A DNA stretch of 64,000 bases from Squalus acanthias. Lineage: Eukaryota. The notes under the pieces were generated by a model. The model had not been told where the DNA came from. It saw only the letters and a program-made list of their open reading frames with translations, and made no database searches. Of this stretch, positions 1 to 13,443 are shown one piece after another; within the stretch, counting starts at the first letter, position 1; each line of letters starts with the position of its first letter. A program made the translations under genes and the position numbers. Location of the stretch: NCBI GenBank assembly GCA_030390025.1, contig CM059425.1, positions 167,464,001 to 167,528,000 on the forward strand. The letters are read 5' to 3'.

Positions 1-59
1 GACACCAGTCAAAAACTCAGTATGGAAACAACTCTGGTTCACAGAACTGAGGCAAGGTG

Positions 60-2372
60 GCTAGAACGTGGTTGACTCTTAACTGCCCTCTGAAATGGGT
101 TAGTAAACCACTCAGTTCTATGAAACTGTTACAACGAATAAGAATAAATCCGGACGGACCACTCGGGTGCGATCTAGGCATCGAATTAGGATGCGACAAA
201 GGCACACCCAACCCAGTCGACCCTGAAAAGTCCTCCTCACGAACATCTGGGGACTGGTACCAAAGTTGAGAGATCTGCTCCACAGACTAGTCAAGCAATA
301 GGCTGACATAGTCATACACAGAATCATACCTATCAATCCGTCCATGATGGTACTGATATGAGTGACCAAGAAAAAGTCCCGTTTTCATAATGAGCATGCC
401 CTCCATTGTGTCGTGTGACTAGCACAGTGATAAGTGGGATAGATTGAAAATAGATCTAGCAACTCAAAGCTAGGCTATCAGCAGCAGCAGAATTGTATTC
501 CACCACAATCTGTAACCTCATGGCTTGGCATATCCCTCACTCCTCCATCATCATCAAGCCAGATGACCAAACCTGGTTCAATGACGAATGTAGAAGCCAT
601 GCAGGAGCAGCACCAGGCGTACCTGAAAATGTGGTGCTAACCAAGTGAAGCTGCAACACAGGACTACATGCATGCTAAACAGCAAAAGTAGCATGCTATA
701 GTCAGAACTAATCAATCGCACAATCAAAGGATCAGGTCAAAGCTCTGCAGTTCTGCCACATCCAATTATAAATGGTGGTGGACAATTCAGCAACAAATGA
801 GGAGGAGGTTCCATGATCATCCCCATCCTCAATGATGGCGGAGCCCAGCACGAGTGCAAAAGATAAGGCTCAAGCATTTGGAACTAGAAATGCCGAGTGG
901 ATGATCCATCCCCGGCCTCCTCCCAAGATCCCCACCATCACAGATGCCAGTTTTCAGCCAATTTTATTTACTCCAAGTGATAGCAAGAAATGGCTGAGTG
1001 CACTGGACACAGCAAAGGCTATAGGCCCCTACAATATCCCAGCTGTAGTGCTGAAGACGTGTGCCCTGTGCTTCAGAGCTACCTGCGCCTCTAGCCAAGC
1101 TGTTCCAGTACAGCGACAACACTGGCATTTACCCGATAGTGTGGAAAATGTCGCAGGTATATCCTGTCCACAAAAAGCAGGACAAATCCAACCCGGCCAA
1201 TTATCGCCCCATCAGCCTAATCTCAGTGATCAGCAAAGTGATGGAAGGAGTTGTCAACAGTGCTATCAAGCAGCACCTATTCACCAATAACCTCCTCACC
1301 AATTTAGTTTGGGTTTCGCCAGAACCACTTGGCTCCAGACCTCATTACAGCCTTGGTCAAACATAGACACAAGATCTGAATTCCAAAGGTGAGGTGACAG
1401 TGACTGCCCTTGACAACAAGGCAGCCTCGATTGAATGTGCATCAAGGAGCCCTAGTAAAACTAAAGTCAATGGGGAGCGGGGGAAAACTCTCCAGTGGCT
1501 GGTGTCATACCTGGCACAAAGGAAGATGGTTATGGTTGTTGGAGGCCAATCATCACAGCCCCAAGACATCACTGCAAGAGTTCCTCAGGGCAGCGTCCTA
1601 GGCCCAATTATCTTCATCAATAATCTCCCTCAGCATAAGGTCAGAAGTGGGACTGTTCACTGATGATTGCAGTGTTCAGCTTTATTTGCAATTCCTCAGA
1701 AAATGAAGTAGTCTGTGCCCGCATGCAGCAAGGCCTGGACAACATTGTGGCTTGAGCTGACAAGAGTCAAGTAGCATTCATGCCACACAAGTGCCAGGTA
1801 ATGACGATCTTCAACAAGAGAAAGACATTCCATCGCCAAATTCCCCACCATCAACACCATTGATCAGAAACTCAATTGTACCAGTCCCATAAATGCTTGT
1901 GGTTACTACAGCAGATCAGAGACTGGGTATTCTGCGGCAAGTTGCTCACCTCCTAACTCCCCAAAGCTTTTCCACTACTTACAAGGCACACGTCAAGAGT
2001 GTGCTGGAATATTCTTCTGGATGGGAGCAACTGAAACAACAATCAAGAAACTCGGCACCATCCAAGACCAAGCAGTCTGCTTGATCGGCAGCTCATCCCC
2101 CAACTTAAACATTCACTCCCTCCACCACTGGTTTACCATGGCTGCAATGTGTACTATCTCTAGGACACGATAGCCAACGATTCTTCGGCAGAACCTCCCA
2201 AACCTGCAACTTCCACCACCCAGAAGGACAAGGGCATGAGGTGCATGGGAACATCATCACCACCGAGTTCCCCTCCAAGTTACACACCATCCCGACTTGG
2301 ATATATATTGCCGTTCCGTCATCGTTGCTGGGTCAAAATCCTGCAACTCTGTACCTAACAGAGCACTGTGGG
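60..2372 (+). mobile_element. Degenerate non-LTR retrotransposon, family A (CR1/L2-group LINE), internally deleted
   Basis: Frameshifted RT fragments ([24 protein letters not shown]). Nucleotide similarity to copies at 5520-7815 and 28186-32310. Most of the endonuclease region is missing around 345-370. Confidence 0.88.
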
Positions 2373-2594
2373 ACAAGTGATAGATTGGTTTTATCAGTGA
2401 AACAGTGGGTGGAAGGCAGATGACTGCAGATTGTACAGTAGAGAGATGAGAAGTGCATGCCTAATATGACTCTAAATAGCAGCAGCTTTCGACCAAAGTT
2501 GGACGAAAGCAATGAGTTAATGATGAAAAAGATACTATTATCACTAATTTTTCAATTTCAAATTAAAACAGACTGAACCACAGCTTTGTATGTT

Positions 2595-3305
2595 TATAAG
2601 AACATAAGAAATAGGAGCTGAAGTAGGCCATTCGGCCCCTCGAGCCTGCCCCACCATTCAATAAGATCATGGCTGATCTGATCATCGACCTCAACTTCAC
2701 TTTCCCACCCGCTCCCCATAACTCTTGACTCCCCTGTAGCTCAAATATATGTCGATCTCCGCCTTGAATATATTCAATGACTCCGCCTCCACGGCTCTCT
2801 GGGGTAGAGAATTCCAAAGATTCACGACCCTCTGAGAGAAGGAATTCCTCCTCATCTCCGTTTTAAATGGGCGACCCCTTATTCTGAAACTGTGCCCCCT
2901 AGTTCTAGATTCCCCCACGAGGGGAAACATCCTCCCTGCATCTACCGTCAAGCCCCCTCAGGATCTTATATGTTTCAATAAGATCACCTCTCATTCTTCT
3001 AAACTCCAATATGTATAGGCCCAACCTGCTCAACCTTTCTTCATAAGACAACCCCTTCATCTCAGGAATTAACCTAGTGAACCTTCTCTGAACTGCCTCC
3101 AATGCAAGTATATCCCTCCTTAAATAAGGAGACCAAAACTGCACGCAGTACTCCAGGTGTGGTCTCACCAGCGCCCTGTACAATTGTAGCAAGACTTTCC
3201 TACTTTTATACTCCATCCCCCTTGCAATAAAGGCCAACATTCCATTTGCCTTCCTAATTACTTGCTGTACCTGCATGCTAACTTTTTGTGTTTCATGTAC
3301 GAGGA
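2595..3305 (-). mobile_element. CR1 LINE 3' end (resumes at about 4693-4770 after the Harbinger insert)
   Basis: RPHLEYCVQFWSP, RRMRGDLIETYKIL and TRGHS..RRNSFSQRVVNLWNSLP motifs; short-repeat tail (ataagaac) at about 2596-2610. Confidence 0.92.
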
Positions 3306-4692
3306 CCTCATGGCCCCCCTGAAGTGCAGCAAGGTGCTGTCAAGCCACTTGCTAGCTCTGCAGTGGGGCTGACCCATGAGAGGGATGTTGATGGCAGACA
3401 ACAAGGAAGTGGGGGCTCCTCTCCAGCGCTCAAACGACCATGCCACTGCAAAGCCCTCGGTCAGAGCCCCACCAGAGTCCTCACCTAACTGAGATGGGCG
3501 TCTCATCCCCTGCACAGCCGCAGGAGCAGCAGACTGTTGCCGAGCCCTCACAGGTTCGCCACCCCAGAGGATGGCCGCCAAAGGTGTCGAGACAGGAGCA
3601 GCAAGAAAATGAGCAAGGGGCCTCCACATCTGCTGAAGCCACAGGGGAAACACCACGTAGGAGCACGCGTAAGAGGAAGATAAAGCACAAGTAGTCACAA
3701 GGGTAGTCACTTGGGTGTTATGTTGTGTTTATTTTTGAAATGCCACCAGTTGCTTGTTGTGATAAAAAATTCTGATGGCAAACTGTTGAAGTTGTGGCCT
3801 GTGTCATTTCGCAAATGGGACTTCCACATTGAGGGCTTAGAGTGACTTGCAATTGTCAGTATGGTGGTCAGAGTGATAGGAATCAGCAGATTCTTGTCCA
3901 TTGTCGATGCTCTGGTAAGAAGGTGCGAGGCAAAAGTGTTTGATTGTACAGGCTAAGCAAATGTGACCAATATGAGTGCATCCCTTGCATCCCAGGCAGC
4001 AATATGGTCGCGCTCTGGCGACTTCTGGCCTGTGCATCTTCAGGTGGGTGAGCAGCAGCTTGGCGCTCCTGTTGATGCTCCTGCTGTTGGTGCTGCTGTT
4101 GCTCATGGGTCTGCTGCTGCCGCGGCTGGTCTTCATCCGAATCTGATGTCCAGGAGGAAAGGAATTAAATGGTCGCCATGCTTCTGGTATATGCCTCAGT
4201 TGAGGAAGCGCTTAGTCATGGTGGGGAAAGGGGTTTCCCAGGAGGTCACACTGGAGATGGGTGTCAGGCTCCAAACTTCCACAACACTGAGTATGCCTGC
4301 TAAAAGTTCCCCCAGACCTGAAACAACAAAGTTCTGCCACCTGCAAATGATCATCGGTGAAAACTCCTTTGTAATAGTGAAGCTGCAGCTGTTTGTAAGC
4401 AATCCACTTGTGAGGCCGCCAGCATTACCTGGCATGTTCCAGAGGAGGTGTGAGGGATGGGGGCAATGACTAAAAATCGGAAAGGTCTCTCAAAATGGGA
4501 TTATAGAGGCTATTAAGTGGTTGTTAAGGGCCTTAAGGGCCTATCCCGCCTCTTGGAGAGGAAAGGGGGTCAGAAGACACGCTTTTGGGAAAATTGCTCG
4601 GAGGCGGGATCGGGCCCGCCCGCCATTTTTGGCGATTTTAACAACTCACACGCCTCCAATCCCGCCTCCTCGGGCCTGGCAAAATCGAGCCC
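3306..4692. mobile_element. Truncated PIF/Harbinger element (C-terminal part of Myb/SANT gene on +, right TIR only)
   Basis: Ends in AAAATCGAGCCC at 4692. GPHGPPEVQQGA and GASTSAEATGETPRRSTRKRKIKHK are homologous to the Myb-like gene 3' end at about 15980-16360. Confidence 0.75.
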
Positions 4693-5520
4693 TTTGTGTC
4701 CTCCTCACAACTTGCTTTCCCACCTATCTTTGTATCATCAGCAAATTTGGCTATAGTACACTCAGTCCCTATTGTTATTATTGACCCTATGCCAATTTGC
4801 TCTTGGCTCAGGTAGTAATCCAGAGATTATTACCTTTGTGGTTCTGCTTTTTAATTTGGCCCCTAGCTGATCATACTCCCTCAGCAGAACCTCTTTCTTT
4901 GTCCTACCTATGCCGTTGGAATGAAATTGTAGGAATCACAAATTCTGTTTTTAACCTACTTCAGTTTAAATTAGATTTTGAATGCAAACCTGTCCTGTGG
5001 CTTCACACACATTTATAATTGAGAAACCAAAAGTTTATGAAGCAGAAATAGATGGTGCAGGATGCTCTTCAAGCTGCAGAGAGCCTATCCAAAACAAGAT
5101 CCCACACACAGCAATGAATGAATAACCAGAAGAGCCAACAGTCGGGCAAGCTTTTAAATGATAGTCAATTTCAAATACACAGGGGTGGGGGTCTGCAGTG
5201 TAACATCATCGTGAAACTATTTCAGTAAAGTTGATGTATAAGGGTAAATTCACCAATCCTGTTTTCGCATTAGGGAACTGTGCTCAAAGGCAGCATGGGT
5301 TGGGAAATCAGAACTACAGTGTTGTAGCTCTATCTCTGACACACACTTCCTTCAAGCATGGTTTTCCACTGGGAAAATGGAATCACTGGAACAGGAGTAA
5401 GCCATTCAGCCCCTCAAATCTATTTGATCATGGCTCAACTCCATTTACCCGCCTTTTCTCCATATCCCTCAATACCCTTACCTAAAAAAAACTGTTGAAT
5501 AATTTAACTATTGGTCTACA

Positions 5521-6960
5521 ACTGGATGTGGCAGGACTGCAGAGCTTTGATCTGATCCGTTGATTGTGGGATCGCTTAGTCCTGTCTATAACATGCTGCT
5601 TCCGCTTTTTAGCATGCATGTAGTCCTGTGTTGCAGCTTCCCCAGGTTGGCACCTCATTTTTAGGTACACCTGGTGCTGCTTCTGGCATGCTCTTCCACA
5701 CTCCTCATTGAACCAGGGTTGGTCCCCTGGCTTGATGGTAATGGTAGAGTGAGGGATATGCTGGGCCATGATGTTATAGATTGTGGTGGAATACAATTCT
5801 GCTGCTGCTGCTGATGGCCCACAGTGCCTCGTGGATGCCCAGTTTTGAGCTGCTAGATCTGTTCTGAATCTATCCCATTTTAGCACGGTGGTAGTGCCAC
5901 ACAACACGATGGAGGGTGTCCTCAGTATGAAGACAGGAATTTGTCTCCACAAGGACTGTGCAGTGGTCACCGCTACCAATACTGTTATGGACAGATGCAT
6001 CTGTGATAGATAGATTGGTGAGGACGAGGTCAAGTAGGTTTTTCCCTTGTGTTGGTTCTCTCACCACCTGCCACAGGCCCAGTCTGGCAGCTATGTCCTT
6101 CAGGACTTGGCCAGCTTGGTCAGTAGTGGTGCTACCGAGCCACTCTTGGTGATGGACATTGAAGTCGCCCACCCAGAGTACATTGTGTCCCCTTGCTACC
6201 CTCAGTACTTCTTCCAAGTGGTGTTCAACATGGAGGAGCACTGATTCATCAGCTGAGGGAGGGCAGTAGCTGGTAATCAGCAGGTTTCCTTGCCCATGCT
6301 TGACCTGAAGCCATGAGACTTCATGGGGTCCAGAGTCAATGTTGAGGACTCCCATGGCCACTCCCTCCCAACAGTATACCACTGTGCCGCCACCTCTGGT
6401 GGGTCTGTCCTGCGGTGGGACAGGACATACCCAGGGATGGTGATAGAGGAGTCTGGGACATTGGCTGAAAGGTATGATTATGTCAGGCAGTTGCTTGACT
6501 AGTCTGTGGGACAGCTCTCCCAATTTTGGCACAAGACCCCAGATGTTAGTGAGGAGGACATTGCAGGGTCGACTGGGTTGGGTGTGCCTAGGTCGATGCC
6601 GGGTGGTCCGTCCGGTTTTAATCTTTTTATTTTTTTTGTAGCTGTTTTGGTACAACTGAGTGACTTGCTAGGCCATTTCAGAGGGCAGTTAAGAGTCAAC
6701 CACATTGCTGTGGGTCTGGAGTCACATATAGGCCAGACCGGGTAAGCACGACAGATTTCCTTCCCTAAAAGGGCATTAGTGAACCAGACGGGTTTTAACG
6801 ACAATCCAGTAGTTTCATGGTCACCATTACTGATACTAGCTTTTTATTCCAGATTAATTTAATTTAAATTCCCCAGCTTCCATGGTGGACTTTGAACTCA
6901 CTTCTCCGGATCATTAGTCCAGATTACTAGTCCAGTAACATAACCACAATGCTACCGTAC
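5521..6960 (-). mobile_element. LINE family A, inverted 5' segment (tRNA-like head, 5' UTR, AP endonuclease)
   Basis: APE motifs TNIWGL, VGDFNVHH, LLDLVLTN and GDHC. The minus-strand 5' end has A-box-like TAGCATTGTGG and B-box-like GAGTTCAAA. Confidence 0.9.
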
Positions 6961-6962
6961 TT

Positions 6963-7815
6963 GTAGCATTGGTGGACAATTAAACAACTAACGGGAGGAG
7001 GAGGCTCCATAAACATCCCCATCCTCAATGATGGCGGAGCCCAGCACACAAGTACAAAAAAGACAAGGCTGAAGCGTTTGCAACCGTCTTCAGCCAGAAG
7101 TGCCGACTGGATGACCCATCTCGGCCTACTCCTGAGGTCCCCACCATCACAGAAGCCAGTCTTCAGCCAATTCAATTCACTCCACGTGATATCAAGAAAC
7201 GGCTGAGCGCACTCAATACAGCAAAGGCTATGGGTCCCGACAACATCTCAGCTGTCGTGCTGAAGACTTCCAGAACTAGCCGTGCCTCTAGCCAAGCTGT
7301 TCCAATACAGCTACAACACTGGCAGCTACCCGACAATGTGGAAAACTGCCCAGGTATGTCCTGTCCACAAAAACAGGACAAATCCAATCCGGCCAATTAC
7401 CGCCCCATCAGTCTACTCTCAATCATCAGCAAAGTGATGGAAGGTGTCATCGACAGTGCTATCGAGCGCCGCTTACTCACCAATAACCTGCTCACTGATG
7501 CCCAGTTTGGGTTCCGCCAGGACCACTCGGCGCCAGACCTCATTACAGCCTTGGTCCAAACATGGACAAAGGAGCTGAATTCCAGAGGTGAGGTGAGAGT
7601 GACTGCCCTTGAAATCAAGGCAGCATTTCACCGAGTGTGGCATCAAGGAGCCCTAGTAAAACTGAAGTCAATGGGAATCGGGGGGGAAACTCCCCACTGG
7701 CTGAGTCATACCTAGCACAATGGAAGATGGTTGTGGTTGTTGGAGACTAATCATCTCAGCCCCAGGACATCGCTGCAGGAGTTCATCAGGACAGAGTTCC
7801 AGGCCCATCTTCAGT
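6963..7815 (+). mobile_element. LINE family A, forward segment (RT, 3' truncated)
   Basis: WWTIKQLTGGGGS...NYRPISLLSIISKVMEG...QFGFR...IKAAFHRVWHQG. Starts a few bases after the element position where the inverted segment stops. Confidence 0.9.
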
Positions 7816-7954
7816 GAGATGTGGAATTCCCCAAGTGAGGCAATATGCAGATTAATAGTATTTTCCCTTTGCCCATGAGTGACTAAGCACATAGTTGAAC
7901 AGTCTCGCCTGGCACCACCAGATGTTGCATTTAACTATTATTTGATTATATAAT

Positions 7955-8702
7955 AGCCCTGAATTTCCGATCGGAGGCTTCCTGCGGGCGGATGCCTCCG
8001 TTCGGAAAAAAATCTACGAACTTACCTGCTGGTTCCGTAGATCCCAAGGCTTGCGATCCTGGGCCTCTCCTCTTCGAAATGCGTAGAGGCCCAGGTATCC
8101 CAGGGGTGCATGCGGTTCGCAAGCGCCCCTGGGATCACGTGGGCCAGGCGAACCAATGAAAGAAGTGAATCCCCCTTCATACTTTTAACAGTTCCGTACG
8201 GACAGAGCTATCAAAAGTATGAATGGAGATCACATTTAAAAACACACTAAAACATTAAATAATTTTTTTTTTAACATTACATAATTAAAATTAATTAAAA
8301 TGCCATTTAATTAAATATTTTAAACAAAAATTTAATTTTTGGAAAAATAAAATTAAATGTTTTTACGGGGCTAAAAATAACCTTTTTGAAGAATATTTTT
8401 AATTTTTAATGAGTTATCAAATCTCATTTTTCTATTTTTGAAACTCTTAAGCTGGTAAAAGCTGGCCTTACGCCTGCTCTTATCAGACGTAAGAATTTGA
8501 CAGACTTTCAGCGGCGGAAGTTTTGCAAAAACCGCAACTCTCCACCCGCAGAGGCACTTTTCTTGGGCATGCGGATGATCTGTCAAGAGAATTCTTGACA
8601 GATCGCAAGTGCCGGGTTTCATGCCTGAAACCGACACTTGCATGGCTCCTACGGGCGCGTACGCACCTCGTACACACCCGTGGGGGTTGGAAAATCCGGC
8701 CC
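7955..8702. mobile_element. Harbinger-type MITE
   Basis: Imperfect TIRs AGCCCTGAATTTCC / GGAAAATCCGGCCC, flanks AAT/ATT, GC-rich ends around an AT-rich core. Confidence 0.6.
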
Positions 8703-9669
8703 ATTGAGGTAGTCAGATGCTGAAGGCTTTAACTTGTCCATTTGCTCTTAGTCTGGGCATTGCTAAATGAGGCAGCTAGTTACAGGAAACATGACAACTA
8801 CAGCTATTATTACAAACTTAATTAAGATTTTTATATTAGGAAATATAAAGATATCATTACAGTTATAATGGAAATTTATTGATTACTTCTTTGTAGTATT
8901 AAATTCTCAAAAATTAGCAACCCACCCTTAAGTCTATGCAGGTTTCTTTGTCCCTAAGACTAGTAAATAATACATTCTAGAACATAAAAAAGTTGAAAAG
9001 ACCATTCAATCCACTGAGCTTGCTCTGTCCTTAGGTTCATGGCAAGGAACTGCTCAGTCTATTTTTATTTTCCTGCATGTGTCAGAAGCCTCTATTACTT
9101 TACTCCCTGAGTGCATCCATTCCCTTTTTTGAATACTTCAACTGAATCCATATTTACTGTGTTACATTGCAGTTGATTACGAGTTAACAGGCTCAAAGGC
9201 TTAATTTTTTTCAGGAAGTGGGGAAATAGTTGTCTTTTGTCAGAATTAACAAACCGTTAACAAAATTGTGGGAACAATTGTCTTTGAAATTTTTATTTTC
9301 TTAAGTTGTATAGTTTATTTTCTCGCAAAATAATTGTAATATGAAACCTCCATAAGTTTTTTATATCATCAATGATGGTAACTTTAGCACACTATGGCAC
9401 AGTTACAGTTTGGAAGAAATTTTACAGTTTTCTTAAAACTCTAAAGTCTGATAGACTTTAAATTCTCATTTGCTTTTATCCTACCTGCTAACTGTCTGCT
9501 CTTTGCTTTTAACTTCACTTCATCTGGAGTAAGCTTCCACCACTTGTGTATATGATGCATGATGTGAAGATAAAAGAATTGACCGTTTTCAAACTGTCAA
9601 CAATTTTGTGACAAGAACAACTTGATTAGTGGGGATATTCACACTCTGAATAGTTTCTGTATTCATGTA

Positions 9670-9777
9670 ATCGAGGTGATCAGCTGCCTGTTATAGAAAC
9701 CACCCGATTTTCCTTTCCATTAAAATCAATCGAAATGACAATCAGGCAGTTTCTATAATGGCCGGCTGATCCACGAT
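9670..9777. repeat. Imperfect ~100-bp palindrome, probably an old MITE core
   Basis: GATCAGCTGCCTGTTATAGAAAC (from 9678) pairs with GTTTCTATAATGGCCGGCTGATC (to 9771) around a CATTAAAATCAAT centre. Confidence 0.6.
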
Positions 9778-11452
9778 GGCAGTTTTACACCCGGGCAGCA
9801 CGATGTACCCCACTGTTTTTACAATATGAAAGGTAATATTGGGTCACAGTGAACTCTAAAATCGGCTATAAAAACATTTTGTATTTGCGGCTTGATCAGA
9901 GCTTCAAATATCAATAGTTACTGGGGGTGCTATGCCCAGACCCATCCTAGAAAATAAATCACATGCTTTCAGCACCCACATGCTCCTTTCAAAATGTCTA
10001 AATCCCCTGCTGCTGGCCAGTCACTTCTAACACAGCCAGGAACAGCCATCAATTTGCTCATAAGATCAATCACGTTTTTTTTTTAATTTGGTTTTTTTCC
10101 CCTCCTTCTTCCAGAGAATGCACCAAACACAGTTCTAGTCAACAGAGCGAGCATAAGAATATTAGAAAAGTCAAAAAAAGTCGACTTGTTTCATTGAATC
10201 GCAACCCTCCAGTAACCAAACTCTCCCATTTTAGCATTGAAGTGAGTGGATCTATAAGCTGTTCCTAACCTTTGCCTGTGGTGATACTTCAATATCTCCC
10301 CCTTCATTAAGTTCACTAACACCATGTCTAAACTGAAGTAAAATACTCATTTTTCAGTTTGACTCTGCAGCTGTGAAATGCAGCACAAATTCATCATTAA
10401 TGACCTTAACAAAGCCTGAATGGAAAAAGTATAGGCTTTTTACTTACCTTTTGCTAATGTTTGTTAATCCGTTTTTGATGAGGTGGAAATAGTTAGAGCA
10501 GAACTCAGCATGGCTGAATACTGCATCAGTAGTTTCTACCTGCATTACTTCACTTTTTTATTCATACCTATTTTTCCACTATAATTAACCAAGAGAATAA
10601 TTTCCCCCAAGTGTGAAATAATGACTCTCTAAATTACAATTAGCTCATGTTTTAACTTAACTATAACATGTTTGCTTCTTTTTCTCTGGATCAGGCAGAG
10701 TACTTCTCCACATCGACCCTGCAGATTCCCTTTATAATTTCAAAAACCTTCACCTTAGTCTTTTGCTACAGGATCAGATTTGCTTCCCTTTGCTGCTCTT
10801 CATATATCGCAGACTTAAAAGCTGGTATCACCCTTTCTTATTGAACTCGTTCCAATGTTTTTACCTTTACTCATAAAAATAATAATCAAACAGGGGCGCA
10901 ATACTCCAAGAGAAGAATATCAACCTTTATATTTTTATAAACATTTTAATAAACATTGACTTTTTTTCTTAACCGTATTATTTTCTAGACCGCTGTCTGT
11001 ACCACTCTAATTTGCAGCCAAGAGGATTGAAGATCTGCCCCCTCCCCATAATGGCACAGTTAAGATCAGGAACTCAAGATGTAGACGATGGTCTCTGTGA
11101 ACTTTCTTTATACCACTGTGTGGCACAGTCTGTGAGACCTGCAATAGCCTGTGTCATTGCCCTGCATTCCAGTACTTTTAGCCCAGACTGGTAGCACTTT
11201 ACCAGACATCACTCTCAAGACCCCTTTACATTTCGACTCAGTTTTTTCAAGAAAGAATAACTTGAAATTACATTCAAATAGGGAAATCTGAAAACGTTAT
11301 ATTGGAAGAAAGAGAATTTTTTGTTTATAGTGTTTGTCTCTCACTCACGCAATGTTTCTATTATGTTCAAGACAAAGGCCAAAACTTAGTTCTTTATAAA
11401 ATCATTGTTAACTGCAAAGGCGGTAACTTCCTGTTGTAGAAAGGGGTCCTAC

Positions 11453-11710
11453 CTTATTACAAACTCATGACTGTCAATCTCCTTTCCACATCCACTACCC
11501 AGAAGAATCCCAGAATTCCCAACAACTGCACAAGTACTGAATCGCTTGTTCTTCATAGGTGAGACTTCCGGGAGAAGACTGTGCAAATTCTGAGAGATGT
11601 TGAGGGTCCGACGCCTGTCCAGCACATAATGAATTATATCCCCTGGCTTCAAGCTGCTTTTCACTACTGATATGTCTCTCTCAGCGTCTAAAAATCGAAG
11701 AATATCCTTC
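11453..11710 (-). CDS. ST8SIA4: ST8SIA4 coding exon 3 (polybasic region and first part of sialylmotif L)
   Basis: gcAG acceptor and AG|GTAGG donor; 258 bp; [39 protein letters not shown]...[27 protein letters not shown]. The [13 protein letters not shown] and [10 protein letters not shown] segments fit ST8SIA4 rather than ST8SIA2. Confidence 0.96.
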
Positions 11711-11879
11711 CTGCGTTAGAAGAAGTGACACTCAGTAAAAATGATAAATCACTCAGAAAACATGCTTTATACTTTTACTGGACTAAGGCAACATGATAAA
11801 AAGTCAGTACATATTAATCAGTATGAGAGAATGGCACCATTGAAATTCTGTCTTAATTATTCTACATTATAGTATATGC

Positions 11880-12490
11880 TAAAGAGGTCATAATGACATT
11901 ACAAAATGATGGTCAGGCCACACGTGAAACACTGTGTGCAGTTCTGGGCTCCTCGGTACTAGAGTGAATATAATAGCCTTGGAGAAAATACAACGCAGAT
12001 TTACTAGGCCAACGTTAAGGGGTCTGAGTCACAAGGAATGGATAGAGCAACCAGAGCTTTATTGCTTTGAACTGAGAAGACGTGGGGGTGGAATTTTATT
12101 AGAGGTTTTCGAAATGATAAAAGGAACAGACAAGGTAAACATGGATAGATTATTTTCCCTGGAAGATCAATAGAAGACAAGAGAGAATGATCTTAAAATA
12201 AGATGGGAAACATAAAGGAGGAGATTAGAAGAAACCTGTTTGTGTAAAGTGTTACTGGAATGTGTAATGTTTTGCTACAAGTGATGGCCGCTACTAAATT
12301 GAGTATAACAATTAAAGATACTTGATAATTATGGAGAAGAATATAAAATAATGTAATTTACCTGCTTTAGAGAAATCAGGAAATGGGATTATTTTAGGAG
12401 AAAGCAGGAAAATGGACTTTGTAAATTCAGCCCCCAAGAAGGCCTAAATTAACAAGAGCAAGAAGGAGTGAATAACCTCCTCCCATGCTA
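11880..12490 (+). mobile_element. Old degenerate CR1 LINE 3' fragment
   Basis: Remnants of VRPH..HCVQFWAP, LEKIQRRFTR and LRRRGG.LLEVFEMIKG.DKVN; heavily diverged. Confidence 0.7.
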
Positions 12491-13443
12491 AAATATCTAT
12501 GCTTCAATGTCTAAACTAAAACTGTGGATGTATAACTGTCTCAGTAAAAGTAAAACAATACCGAAATTCAAAGTGTGAAACTGAACCTTTCTGCTCCTTC
12601 CGATCGTGGCAGATCCAAAAATATATACAGTAGCTACTCATCATTACAATACTTTCTGATAGTATAAAATCTCTTATTAAAAAAGCACTCATTGCTTATG
12701 GCTCCTTCCTTAAAATAAAACACATTTTACTTAACATGCCATTTCCTAGAATGTGAAGGAGTTTTTCCTTGACACACAGATTTGCACTTGCAGGTTTTTT
12801 AGTATTATTTTGAAACAACATTGTCAACATGGTAAGTTCCTTAGAAAACACTTTGCTTTGTACATAAATAGAGCTTGTAATGATGCAGTAAGTGGTGTTA
12901 TTAAATTACTGGTCGCATCTGACATACCTTTTTTTTAAAAAGTGTAATACTTTGAATAACAATTACAATCAAAACTTAAAAACTGCATTCAAAAAGTTCA
13001 TATCACCGATATCGTACCTGCTACGTGCTTTCTGACATAACATTTGCATAGACAGAGTTTTCAGACTGAACTGTTACAGCGGGCCTCGAATGAACATAAC
13101 ATAAGAAATAGGAGCAGAAGTCGGCCATTTGGCCATTCGAGCCTGCTCCGCCATTCAATGAGATCATGGCTGATCTTCTACCTCAACTCCACTTTCCTGC
13201 ACTATCCCCATATCCCTTGATTCCCTTAATATTCAAAAATCTCACTTAGCCTATCTATATCCCCTTGAAGCCTCCTTGCATCCTCCTCACAACTTACCTT
13301 CCCACCCAGCTTTGTATCATCAGTGAACTTGGATATATTACATTTGGTCCCCTCATCCAAATCATTCATGTAGATTGTGAATAGCTGAGGCCCAAGCTAG
13401 TTACAGCCTGCCAACCCGAAAATGACCTGTTTATTCCTACTCT

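Noticed and set aside
7911..7930. CTCF-like motif CACCACCAGATGTTGC
   Set aside because: Departs from the core consensus at the GGC positions; a single weak match cannot be supported.
1..11400. ST8SIA4 exon 4 (expected to start CNLAPV)
   Set aside because: No such reading frame seen in the ORF track or by eye; probably outside the window.
11453..11710. Assignment to ST8SIA2
   Set aside because: Exon 1 and exon 3 residues match recalled ST8SIA4, and the exon layout is 107/132/258 bp with no extra small exon.
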